From: a candidate division CPR2 bacterium GW2011_GWC2_39_35
GTDB lineage: Bacteria > Patescibacteriota > CPR2
DNA length: 64,000 bases
NCBI GenBank assembly: GCA_000995065.1
Contig: LBWX01000001.1
Location: 159,563 to 223,562, forward strand
Direction: 5' to 3'
Shown piece after piece: positions 49,641 through 58,840 of the stretch. A program made the position numbers and the translations under genes. Positions within the stretch are counted from its first letter, which is position 1; each line of letters begins with the position of its first letter. Under the pieces are notes generated by a model. The model did no database searches, had not been told where the DNA came from, and saw only the letters and a program-made list of their open reading frames with translations.

Positions 49641-50462
49641 ATGAAAAAAATCATCCGCAAGCTATTTATTCCTCATCCTAATAATCTTTTTAGGCCTCAT
49701 GCCATGAGACATAAGGCTATTTCTATTTACTCGATTGGCCTCATGCTTAGCCACTTAGCTTTTGGGATCGGATTTGATACTGTCTCGGTGTCAGCCCAGG
49801 TAGGAGAAAGCATGACTCATCAAATAGTATCTCTTACTAATTCGGAAAGGCAAAAAGTAAATTTGCCGGCACTAAAAGAAAACAGTCAACTCCAGGGAGC
49901 CGCTATCGCTCGAGCTAAGGATATGTTTGCCAAGGATTATTGGGATCATTTTGCTCCGGATGGAAAAGAGCCTTGGGAGGCCATCAAGGAAGCAGGCTAT
50001 AATTATTCTTACGCCGGAGAAAACTTGGCAAAAGGATTTTCAGATGCAAATTCGACCGTTAATGCCTGGATGAACAGCCAAACCCACAAGGATAATCTTT
50101 TAAACAGCAATTATGAAGATATTGGTATTGCCGTAGTCTCCGATAGTTTTAAGGGAAGAAATACCACAATTATCGTTCAGCTTTTTGCCGCGCCTTTTGA
50201 GAGGGGAGTAAAACCGGTAACCGTTCTTGGCGCCAAATCAGAGACAAAACAGCTAAATTTAGCCAGCATGACAAGCTCTCAAAATATTCCATATACTGCG
50301 GCCTGGGCTATGATCGCTTTAATGCTTTTAGCTGATGGCTGGATGCTTTACAAGCAGGGTCATCACAAAGACAAACATCATAGGTTCCACTTTGGTCTAG
50401 CTTCGATTCTGATGGCCGCCTTATTTAGCTTACTTACCGTACAAGTTTCAAATATACTTTAA
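49641..50462 (+). CDS. CAP/SCP/PR-1 (YkwD-like) domain protein with C-terminal membrane anchor
   Basis: LTNSERQK...GENLAKG...WMNSQTHKDNLL CAP signatures. C-terminal TM helices. Confidence 0.7.
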   Translation: MKKIIRKLFIPHPNNLFRPHAMRHKAISIYSIGLMLSHLAFGIGFDTVSVSAQVGESMTHQIVSLTNSERQKVNLPALKENSQLQGAAIARAKDMFAKDYWDHFAPDGKEPWEAIKEAGYNYSYAGENLAKGFSDANSTVNAWMNSQTHKDNLLNSNYEDIGIAVVSDSFKGRNTTIIVQLFAAPFERGVKPVTVLGAKSETKQLNLASMTSSQNIPYTAAWAMIALMLLADGWMLYKQGHHKDKHHRFHFGLASILMAALFSLLTVQVSNIL

Positions 50463-50477
50463 ACTTTTGGAGGAAAA

Positions 50478-51428
50478 ATGCTCGATTTGGCAATAATTGG
50501 TACCGGACCGGCAGGACTGTCTGCTGCAATTTATGCTGCAAGATATCTAATTAATTTTAAAATCTATGGCCAAATACCCGGCGGTCAAATAAACGAAGCT
50601 CATTTAGTCGATAATTATCCCGGCATTCCGGGTGTTACAGGAGAAGAGCTGGTTACGAGGTTTAATGAACACCTTAAACACCTCGAGGTTAAAACAGAAA
50701 ACATCCTGATAAAAGGCATCAAAAAAGAAAATGGAATTTTTAACATCATCCTAGATTCAAGCGACCTCGAAAAGGCATCGGTTGAGGCTAAAAACATCCT
50801 CCTTACCATCGGAACGGAAAGAATAAAATTAGCCATCCCCGGCGAAGCCGAATTTATGGGGAAGGGCGTGTCGTACTGCGCTACTTGCGATGCTTTTTTT
50901 TATAGGCATAAGTCGGTTGCGGTAGTTGGCGGGTCCGATTCGGCGCTAACCTCCGCCTTATATCTTGCAGACGTTGCGAAGGAAGTTTATCTTATTTACA
51001 GAGGAAAAGACCTTAAAGCTATGCCCGTCTGGATCGAAAAAGCCAAAGCCAACTCGAAAATCAAAATTGTTTTGGAAAGAAACATAACTAAGGTAAGCGG
51101 CACAAATTTTGTAGAAGAGATAGAGCTTGACAAAGAATTTGATGGCGAAAAGAACCTCAAGGTTGACGGCGTGTTTGTAGAAATCGGTACCACCCCGAAC
51201 GTCGCCCTTATTAAATCCTTGGAGATTAAGACTGATGATAGAGGGTTTATCGAAACCGACACCGCCCAAAAAACAAACGTTCCCGGCGTTTGGGCGGCAG
51301 GAGATATTACCACCGGATCAAATAAATTTAGACAGATTGTAACAGCGGCATCAGAGGGAGCCGTCGCGGTTCACGATATATACAAGAATCTTAAAGCAGC
51401 GGAAAAAGAAACTGGGAAATTAGGCTAG
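50478..51428 (+). CDS. trxB: thioredoxin-disulfide reductase
   Basis: GTGPAGLSAAIYAAR FAD motif, redox-active CATCD, second Rossmann GGSDSAL. Confidence 0.85.
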   Translation: MLDLAIIGTGPAGLSAAIYAARYLINFKIYGQIPGGQINEAHLVDNYPGIPGVTGEELVTRFNEHLKHLEVKTENILIKGIKKENGIFNIILDSSDLEKASVEAKNILLTIGTERIKLAIPGEAEFMGKGVSYCATCDAFFYRHKSVAVVGGSDSALTSALYLADVAKEVYLIYRGKDLKAMPVWIEKAKANSKIKIVLERNITKVSGTNFVEEIELDKEFDGEKNLKVDGVFVEIGTTPNVALIKSLEIKTDDRGFIETDTAQKTNVPGVWAAGDITTGSNKFRQIVTAASEGAVAVHDIYKNLKAAEKETGKLG

Positions 51429-51550
51429 CAGAGCAAAAAGGCTTGACAAGGAATTCAGGTTCGATAGAATTTTAAGCGTAAATGGCTTGACTTCATAAGA
51501 AGCAAGCGTTATGTTAATAAAAAATTTATCCCGAAAGGAGGTGAAGACAA

Positions 51551-51694
51551 ATGGCAACAGTAGGTTATTGCGTAAAGTGTAAAGCTAAGCAAGAAATGAA
51601 AGACGAAGAGAAGGTTACCCTAAAAAACGGTAAGCCTGCAACCAAGGGCACTTGTCCTGTTTGCGGCACCAAAATGTTTAAAATTGGTGGCTAG
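51551..51694 (+). CDS. small zinc-ribbon protein (47 aa; resembles DUF5679)
   Basis: SD AAAGGAGGTGA 7 nt upstream. CVKCKAK...CPVCGTKMFK. Not in the ORF track because it is under 60 aa. Confidence 0.5.
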   Translation: MATVGYCVKCKAKQEMKDEEKVTLKNGKPATKGTCPVCGTKMFKIGG

Positions 51695-51794
51695 TAGTTA
51701 AAAGTTTGAGGGGGATTTTAAATAGCCCCGAGCCCGCAGTCCCAAGGATCGTCCGAAGGATTCAGGTTCGGGACTATTTTTATCTCAGAAATTA

Positions 51795-51903
51795 CGAATG
51801 TCAAAGCTCAAATGTCAAATGAAATCCAAAGAACAAAGGTCAAAAATTAAACATTAGTTATTTATCATTGATTTGTCATTCGAACTTTGAATTTTGACAT
51901 TCG
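51795..51903. repeat. pair of ~27-bp imperfect inverted repeats (cgaatgtcaaagctcaaatgtcaaatg / cattcgaactttgaattttgacattcg) with reiterated TGTCAAA motifs
   Basis: Direct reading. Sits ~75 bp upstream of tRNA-Glu. Confidence 0.5.
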
Positions 51904-51978
51904 CAACGTGCTGATAAACCATTATTTCGTTGAAAACCGTATGATTTTATGATAAAATTTTCACGTCATGGAGACTAT

Positions 51979-52054
51979 GGCCCCATCGTCTAGAGGTCTA
52001 GGACGCCACCCTCTCAAGGTGGTAACACGGGTTCGAATCCCGTTGGGGCTGCCA
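51979..52054 (+). tRNA. tRNA-Glu (anticodon CTC)
   Basis: Manual fold. Acceptor GGCCCCA/UGGGGCU (G1:U72 wobble). D-arm UCGUCUAGAGGUCUAGGACG. Anticodon stem CCACC/GGUGG with loop CUCUCAA. T-arm ACGGG-UUCGAAU-CCCGU. Discriminator G. Encoded CCA. Confidence 0.85.
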
Positions 52055-52180
52055 GAGAAAAATCAAAAATCTTTAATGATAGCTTTTGACTAATAGCATG
52101 ATGACTCTTTAAGAGCCGTTTTTTATTTTAAATACTTCGGATTATCAATCTGAGTAATAATAAGAACAAGACTAAATGAA

Positions 52181-52220
52181 AACCGGCTTTGAGTTTATGG
52201 CTCGCTGCCGGTTCCTTTTT
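52181..52220. terminator. hairpin AACCGGC-...-GCCGGTT + T-run between tRNA-Glu and the convergent radical SAM gene
   Basis: Direct reading. Confidence 0.45.
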
Positions 52221-52249
52221 CGCTATTCACTTTGATAGATGTCTCTGGA

Positions 52250-53704
52250 CTAAGACGGATAAAGAAACCGTCTTGTTGTCCTCATGGCTTTGGAGATGAT
52301 CAATCCAAAACTATCACGCTGATTGTAAAATCCAACTGGTGGATTCACGCTAGGTATGCTCTTGGATTGCTCGTAGAGCTTCTTATACACTGGGTTCACA
52401 GCTCCGAGCACTCCGATGGAGTTGTATAATGAAGGCAAATACTTTCTCGATCTACTAATTCGTTGTAATATTGCCTTCTTGCTGTAAACTCGATCCCCAA
52501 GCCATTGATATCCTTCCAAAAGCGCATCAAGAGTCATCCCTTTTGGATAATGCGTTGGGCGCACGATGTCGTAACACTCCCAACGGTTTTCCATGCCGGA
52601 AATCAGACGCCCTTCAGCCTCTATGTTGGCTCGCAGTTTGGAGCCTGGATAAGCCGTGGCTACTGTAAGTTGAGGGATATCTGCGTTTGTTTCTCGAATA
52701 AACCTATCCACCAGCTCGAAGATGTCATCCTTCTGGTCATCTAGCCCCGAGATAAAACAGGCCACAGTTGCAATGCCGCGACTATGAAGCTTCTCGATTA
52801 CATAACCATAGTAATCATACAGGCTTGAAAAGCCGTGATTTTTTGCTTTCTTCAAGTCTGTCCCATCACCTGTAAGCGTCTCGAAGCCCATTAGAAGAGC
52901 CACACAGCCGCTTTTGGGGAGTAATTCCATTAGCTCTTGATCATGAACCACACCCACCGAGCTTTGTGCAAACCATTTTTTGTTCAATGGCACTAATGCA
53001 CGGCAAACATCTTTGGCATATCCTGGACCAGCCGCCATAATATCGTTTGCCGACAAAAAAGCAAATCTGGACGGCAATTCCCGGAATTCCTGGGCCAGAA
53101 GCTCAGGACTTCTTCTGTGTACCCTGTCGCCAAAAACTATGTTGGCAGTGCAAAAGTCGCAGTCGAAAGCGCAACCATGAATATGCTCCAACGAATGCGT
53201 GTTATTGTACTTGTTCCGCTGAAGCAAATCGTAAGCCGGCCTTGGCAGCTCATCAAGGTCGGTTCTGCCAACCCTCTCATAGACATCCTTAAGCTTTCCT
53301 TTGGCAAGATCTGCCATTAGCTGCGGCAAAGTTGGCTCAATTTCACCGATTACCACCGCACCATACGATGACGCTTCTTCCGGCATGACTGTCGGATGCA
53401 CACCACCTAATACCACCTTAACACCTCGAATGGCAAATTTCTGTGCCAGAACATATGCCCGCGCCGCTTCGTAAGTCATGCAAGAGATAAAGACGACATC
53501 AGGAAGTTCTTTAAAGGAAATCTCTTCGACATTCTCGTCGACGATTCTCACATCTACCTCTAAAATATCCTGGCTTCTTACAGCCCCAGCCACAACCGCG
53601 GGCGTCGATGGCAACATATACTTTCTACCAAACAGATTGATACTGCCTTGATTACTCCAAGGCTTTATGACCCAAACAATCATTTTCCTAATCAATAAAC
53701 CCAC
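52250..53704 (-). CDS. B12-binding-domain radical SAM protein
   Basis: N-terminal cobalamin-binding Rossmann-like region. CAFDCDFC (CxxxCxxC) radical SAM cluster motif. GC-richer than surroundings. Start codon ambiguous: GTG 53704, TTG 53695 or ATG 53683. Confidence 0.8.
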   Translation of the reverse strand: MGLLIRKMIVWVIKPWSNQGSINLFGRKYMLPSTPAVVAGAVRSQDILEVDVRIVDENVEEISFKELPDVVFISCMTYEAARAYVLAQKFAIRGVKVVLGGVHPTVMPEEASSYGAVVIGEIEPTLPQLMADLAKGKLKDVYERVGRTDLDELPRPAYDLLQRNKYNNTHSLEHIHGCAFDCDFCTANIVFGDRVHRRSPELLAQEFRELPSRFAFLSANDIMAAGPGYAKDVCRALVPLNKKWFAQSSVGVVHDQELMELLPKSGCVALLMGFETLTGDGTDLKKAKNHGFSSLYDYYGYVIEKLHSRGIATVACFISGLDDQKDDIFELVDRFIRETNADIPQLTVATAYPGSKLRANIEAEGRLISGMENRWECYDIVRPTHYPKGMTLDALLEGYQWLGDRVYSKKAILQRISRSRKYLPSLYNSIGVLGAVNPVYKKLYEQSKSIPSVNPPVGFYNQRDSFGLIISKAMRTTRRFLYPS

Positions 53705-53952
53705 CTCCGAAGATTTTCCAATGTTTATAATTTTGCGTCTATCTTAAAAATGCTATCTATCATTAAGCATTTAATATAAATTATCCAAAGAACTTACCTT
53801 TAAAACGTCGACTTATTGTAACACAATTTAGGAATTAGTCTAGAATCTGCGTCACAACTGACGTTTGATTACCGACAGTCTTTACAGGCATGTGGAAGAC
53901 CCGTTTTCCAGATGCCAGTAATTTCTTTTGTTTTTTAATTTTGCCCAAAACA

Positions 53953-53976
53953 AAAAAGCCCGATCGGGGTTTTTTG
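53953..53976. terminator. bidirectional terminator AAAAAGCCCGATCGGGGTTTTTT
   Basis: Palindromic GC stem flanked by A- and T-runs. Confidence 0.55.
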
Positions 53977-54048
53977 TTTATTTGCCTCGTGAAATACCTT
54001 TTTATCTGAGCTAAACTATCATCATAAACCAAACTATAAAAAGAGGAG

Positions 54049-54282
54049 GTGAATGAAGTGGGAAAGTTAAATTGGCTCGATTGGCTTGCATATACGTTAG
54101 TTATTGTCGGCGCCATTAACTGGGGCTTAATCGGGTTTTTTGGCTTCGATTTGGTGGCGGCAATCTTTGGCGGAGGCGCGACAAATACGTTTTCGGTCCT
54201 TCCAAGGGTAATATATGCTGTTGTCGGTCTTGCCGGACTTTACTTAATTTATGTATTATTCGTAAAAGAGACGGCAAGGTAA
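54049..54282 (+). CDS. DUF378-like small membrane protein
   Basis: LVIVGAINWGLIGFFGFDLVAAIFGG signature. The start is more likely GTG at 54058, 9 nt after the GGAGG. Confidence 0.55.
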   Translation: MNEVGKLNWLDWLAYTLVIVGAINWGLIGFFGFDLVAAIFGGGATNTFSVLPRVIYAVVGLAGLYLIYVLFVKETAR

Positions 54283-54285
54283 AAT

Positions 54286-56622
54286 ATGGCCGAGACTTTT
54301 TTCCAAAGACTTGTTAAAAAAGAAGAAAAAAAGCTTCCCATTATACCAGTTAAAGATATGGTGCTATTTGCTCATGTCATAACACCGATATTTTTTGAGA
54401 GAGAAAATTCCAAGATAGCGGTTAACACAGCCATGAAAAGCAATCATCAAGTTATAATACTCACTCAAAGAGACAAAAACATTCTCGACCCGGAGCCAAA
54501 AGACCTTTACGAAGTAGGGACGCTAGCCAATATTGCTCAGGTAAGACAATTACCTGAGGGGTTTTTAGTTGTCGTTGCCGACGGGATATCTACCGTTAGG
54601 GTAAAAAGGATAAATCCCGGAGATCATTTTCTTAAGGGCACATTTGAGGAGCTGAAAGAAACGTACAATCCATCCAGGCAAAACGATGCTTTATTTAGGT
54701 CGGTAATAGATCAGTTTAAGCAGGTAATACAGCTGGGAAAAACCGTTGCCTTAGAGGGTTTGGTCTCTCTATTCGATCTCTCCGACCCGATTAGGACTAC
54801 AAATGTTATTACCTTTGCCCTGGATATCACCACCAAGGATAAACAAAAGTTGTTGGAAATGACAGATATCGCAAGCAGGCTCGAGTTGCTTTCCACTTAT
54901 TTAGCCAAAGAAATTGCCGTCCTCCAAACATCGCAAAGAATACAGCACCGCACAAGCGAGGAGATAGGTAAAATGCAAAGAGAGGTTTACTTAAGAGAGC
55001 AGCTTAGATCTATCGAGAAAGAACTCGGCATCAGCGAAGAAAATGGGGGACTTGCGGAGGTTAAGAAAAAGATTGAGGATGCAAGGATGCCGGATTATGC
55101 TTTTAAAACCGCCCTCGCCGAATACGACCGGCTTAAAAAAATGCCAGCTTTTTCGCCTGAAGTTTCTTGGATTAGAACATACCTCGATTGGCTAACGGAT
55201 CTGCCCTGGTCTAATAAATCCTCCGACAGAATAGACCTTAAACAAGCCGAGGCTATCTTAAACGAAGACCATTACGGCCTCGAGAAAGTAAAGCAGATGG
55301 TCTTAGAATACCTGGCCGTCATCAAGCTGGTTGGCAAGATAAGAGGTCCCATATTGTTATTCGTCGGGCCGCCCGGAACGGGCAAAACTTCGATCGGCCA
55401 ATCCATTGCAAGAGCCATGAACCGAAAATTTACCCGAATGTCTCTGGGTGGCATCCGCGACGAAGCCGAAATAAAAGGCTTTAGAAGAACTTATGTGGGC
55501 GCACAACCCGGAAGAATCATTCAGGGCATTAAATCGGCCGGAACCAAAAATCCGGTATTCATGTTAGATGAGATTGATAAAGTAGGAGTTGATTTTAGAG
55601 GTGATCCATCAGCAGCCTTATTAGAAGCCTTGGACCCGGCCCAAAACAATAATTTTCAAGACCATTACATCGAAATTCCCTTTGATCTTTCGGACACCAT
55701 GTTTATTACAACTGCCAATATTTTAGATACCATTCCACCCCCCTTAAGAGACAGGATGGAGATGATTCCTTTTTCGGGCTATACAGTTAAAGAGAAGCTG
55801 GAGATTGCCAAACGTTATTTGATTCCAAAACTCGAAAACACACATGGCTTTAAAAAAAATGACATTGCTTTTCCAGACTCCGTTATTAAAAAGATCATAA
55901 ATGCTTATACCAAAGAAGCCGGCGTTAGAAATTTAGAAAGAGAAATCGCTTCTATTTTTAGAAAAGTTGCCAGAAAAATTGCAGAAAATAGCAAGAAGCC
56001 GCCATTCGAACTAAATGAGAAAAATTTAGAGAAGCACTTGGGGGCGCCAAGGTTTCATACCGATATTAAAGAAAGAAAGGATGAAACCGGAGTAACGCCG
56101 GCATTGGCCTGGAGCGAAACCGGAGGAGTAGTGTTATTTGTTGAAGCCCAGCCGGTGGAAGGAAAGGGGCATCTAATTCTTACCGGAAAACTTGGCGACG
56201 TTATGAAAGAATCGGCGGAAGCCGCTCTAACCTACGCTAGAGCTCACGCTAAAGAATACGGTTACGAACCGAGTTTTTATGAGAAAGCGGATATTCATAT
56301 TCATGTACCAGAAGGAGCAATCCCAAAAGACGGGCCTTCGGCTGGAATCGCCATTGCAACAGCGATAATTTCCGCCTTATCAAAAAGAGCAGTAAAAAAA
56401 GAAGTGGGAATGACGGGAGAGATAACACTTAGAGGCAGAGTTCTACCAATCGGCGGAGTTAAAGAAAAAGTTTTAGCCGGCGAAACTATGGGACTTAAAA
56501 CAATTATCTTACCCAAAGAAAACATGCGAGATATAGACGAAGTTCCCGAAGAAGTAAAGCAAAAACTAAACTTTATCTTTGTTGATGAAATGCGGGAAGT
56601 GCTTAAAGAAGCGTTAAGATAG
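54286..56622 (+). CDS. lon: ATP-dependent Lon protease
   Basis: LON N-domain, AAA+ GPPGTGKTS Walker A, S16 protease domain with PKDGPSAGIA catalytic Ser. Confidence 0.9.
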   Translation: MAETFFQRLVKKEEKKLPIIPVKDMVLFAHVITPIFFERENSKIAVNTAMKSNHQVIILTQRDKNILDPEPKDLYEVGTLANIAQVRQLPEGFLVVVADGISTVRVKRINPGDHFLKGTFEELKETYNPSRQNDALFRSVIDQFKQVIQLGKTVALEGLVSLFDLSDPIRTTNVITFALDITTKDKQKLLEMTDIASRLELLSTYLAKEIAVLQTSQRIQHRTSEEIGKMQREVYLREQLRSIEKELGISEENGGLAEVKKKIEDARMPDYAFKTALAEYDRLKKMPAFSPEVSWIRTYLDWLTDLPWSNKSSDRIDLKQAEAILNEDHYGLEKVKQMVLEYLAVIKLVGKIRGPILLFVGPPGTGKTSIGQSIARAMNRKFTRMSLGGIRDEAEIKGFRRTYVGAQPGRIIQGIKSAGTKNPVFMLDEIDKVGVDFRGDPSAALLEALDPAQNNNFQDHYIEIPFDLSDTMFITTANILDTIPPPLRDRMEMIPFSGYTVKEKLEIAKRYLIPKLENTHGFKKNDIAFPDSVIKKIINAYTKEAGVRNLEREIASIFRKVARKIAENSKKPPFELNEKNLEKHLGAPRFHTDIKERKDETGVTPALAWSETGGVVLFVEAQPVEGKGHLILTGKLGDVMKESAEAALTYARAHAKEYGYEPSFYEKADIHIHVPEGAIPKDGPSAGIAIATAIISALSKRAVKKEVGMTGEITLRGRVLPIGGVKEKVLAGETMGLKTIILPKENMRDIDEVPEEVKQKLNFIFVDEMREVLKEALR

Positions 56623-56669
56623 AATTTATTCCACTTGCTAATCCCAAAGCCATTGATTAAAATGGGTCT

Positions 56670-58316
56670 GTGGACGATGCGAATTTCAAACTTATGCGAA
56701 TATTATCAATGGTCGGCGGTTTAGTAGTAATCTTTACTTACACCCTCATTTATTTTGCATACCCGGAATCAGATTCAACCCCTTATTTAATAATTTATAT
56801 TGTCACTTTAGCTCTGACTCTATATAATATTGCTCTTGCCGGGATCTTTAAGAAAAATAGCAATAGACTGTTTCTTAGAACAGAAGTGGCACTATACGGC
56901 ATAATTGGATTTTTGTTTCTTGATTTGACTGGAGGCATAGGCAGTCCTTATCTATTTATAGTTTATTTTGCCATAGTTTTTGCATTTCTAAATTCTCGAA
57001 TTTCCGGCTATCTCACTGCCGGATCCACTGTTTTCTATCTGATTTTTATTTCATTAATTGAAAACCAGCCCATTTCCGTAAACAACGTAAAAATAGTTAT
57101 CCCGCAAATTGTCGGCATCGGTTTTGCTTCTGTAATTTCTTCTTATTATGGCGGCTTCCTAAAGAATACATTAAGCGAGAAGTCTCAGATGCAAGGCATG
57201 GTTCAAAAATTAACGGCCGATAAAAGTAAAGATGATGCGATACTTTCCTGTATGGCAGATGGTGTTTATGCAGTAGATGAAGATCGAAAAATTATAATTT
57301 TTAATAAAGCTGCAGAAGACTTAACCGGTTGGAAAGCAGAAGACGCAATCGGTCTAAACTGCTCGACGGTTATGAAATTAAAAGATGACCAGGATCTGAA
57401 CATCTGCGAAAAAAGCTGTCCGATGCTTATATCTTGGAGCAGCGGTGAAAGTGTCGTAAAAAACGATATGTGCTTTATTAATAAATACAAAAAGACTATT
57501 CAAGTTTCAGGCTCATATGCACCAATAAAAAACCTCTCCGGCAATACAACTGGCGGCCTATGCGTTTTTAGAGACGTTACAAAACAAAAGCAATTAGAGC
57601 GACAAAAAGATGAATTTATATCTACGGCCTCTCACGAAATGAGAACTCCGTTAACGGCCATGGAGGGCTATATCGATCTTGCCACGAACCCAAAAATTGC
57701 TAAAATTGACGAAAAAGCTAAAGAATACCTTGATAAGGCCCACTCTCAGGTATTGGGCATGTCCAGACTCATGAAAGACCTTTTAAATATCTCAAAAATA
57801 GAAGAAGGCAAGTTCGAATTAAGCAAACAATCCTTTGAGATTAAAGATTTAATTTCTTCAGTCATCGAGACACTTAACAAGATGGCAACAGAAAAGGGTT
57901 TAAAATTAAAATTTAACGAATCCAATATTAGTTTTGCCGGAAAAAAGGCGATAGGAGTTTCTACAAAAATAATGGCAGATCCCGACAAAGCACGCGAGGT
58001 TTTAAATAACTTGACCGAAAACGCTATCAAATATACTAAGGAAGGACACATAGAAGTATCGGTAACTTATGACCAAGATTTTGCCACCATTTGCGTAGCT
58101 GACACTGGAATCGGTATTTCGCCCGACGACCAAAAACATATTTTCCAAAAATTTTATCAAGTCGCCGACTACGAAACTAGAGAAGTGGGTGGCACCGGTC
58201 TTGGTTTGTATATCACCAGATCGATGGTCGAAATGAACGGCGGGAAAATATGGGTAGAAAGCAAAAAAGGCCAGGGCTCAAAATTTTTCTTTACAATCCC
58301 TAGGTCAATTGATTAA
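56670..58316 (+). CDS. membrane-associated PAS-domain sensor histidine kinase
   Basis: N-terminal multi-TM domain, PAS region, HisKA H-box SHEMRTPL, and HATPase N/G boxes (NAIKYT, GTGLGL). Confidence 0.8.
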   Translation: MDDANFKLMRILSMVGGLVVIFTYTLIYFAYPESDSTPYLIIYIVTLALTLYNIALAGIFKKNSNRLFLRTEVALYGIIGFLFLDLTGGIGSPYLFIVYFAIVFAFLNSRISGYLTAGSTVFYLIFISLIENQPISVNNVKIVIPQIVGIGFASVISSYYGGFLKNTLSEKSQMQGMVQKLTADKSKDDAILSCMADGVYAVDEDRKIIIFNKAAEDLTGWKAEDAIGLNCSTVMKLKDDQDLNICEKSCPMLISWSSGESVVKNDMCFINKYKKTIQVSGSYAPIKNLSGNTTGGLCVFRDVTKQKQLERQKDEFISTASHEMRTPLTAMEGYIDLATNPKIAKIDEKAKEYLDKAHSQVLGMSRLMKDLLNISKIEEGKFELSKQSFEIKDLISSVIETLNKMATEKGLKLKFNESNISFAGKKAIGVSTKIMADPDKAREVLNNLTENAIKYTKEGHIEVSVTYDQDFATICVADTGIGISPDDQKHIFQKFYQVADYETREVGGTGLGLYITRSMVEMNGGKIWVESKKGQGSKFFFTIPRSID

Positions 58317-58377
58317 AATTAACATGTGTCTTGACTAAATAATAGTTTGACTCCATAATTGTAACAAGGAGAGATAA

Positions 58378-58749
58378 ATGCCAAAAATACTACTAGTTGA
58401 AGATGATGTTGCTTTAAGAGATATTTATTCTGCTCGCTTCGGAGCCGAAAGCTATACCGTTTCTGTAGCTTCCGATGGCGAAGAAGCTTTATCCGTAGCT
58501 GTAAAGGACAAACCGGATATTATTCTTCTTGATATTATGATGCCAAAAATTAGTGGCTTTGATGTTTTAGACATCTTAAGAGCGACTCCGGAAACCAAAG
58601 TTACTAAAATTATTGTGATGTCAGCCTTGTCCCAACCTTCGGACATCGAAAAGGGTAAAATGCTAGGCGCCGACGAATACCTTGTAAAATCTCAGGTCAC
58701 TCTATCTGAAGTGGTTGATAAAGTAAAAGAAGTATTAGGCAGAAATTAA
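58378..58749 (+). CDS. single-domain response regulator (CheY-like receiver)
   Basis: LLVEDD and DIILLDIMMP (phospho-acceptor Asp). No output domain. Confidence 0.8.
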   Translation: MPKILLVEDDVALRDIYSARFGAESYTVSVASDGEEALSVAVKDKPDIILLDIMMPKISGFDVLDILRATPETKVTKIIVMSALSQPSDIEKGKMLGADEYLVKSQVTLSEVVDKVKEVLGRN

Positions 58750-58840
58750 AAAAATAGACAAGCCAAACAGGATAGAGTAACTTGAAGGCTTGTTTTATTT
58801 TATCTAGAAATTAAGGGAAAAAAGAGGTATAATTAAGCTC

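Noticed and set aside
53835-54116. 93-aa minus-strand ORF
   Set aside because: It spans a bidirectional terminator and overlaps the DUF378 gene start. Spurious.
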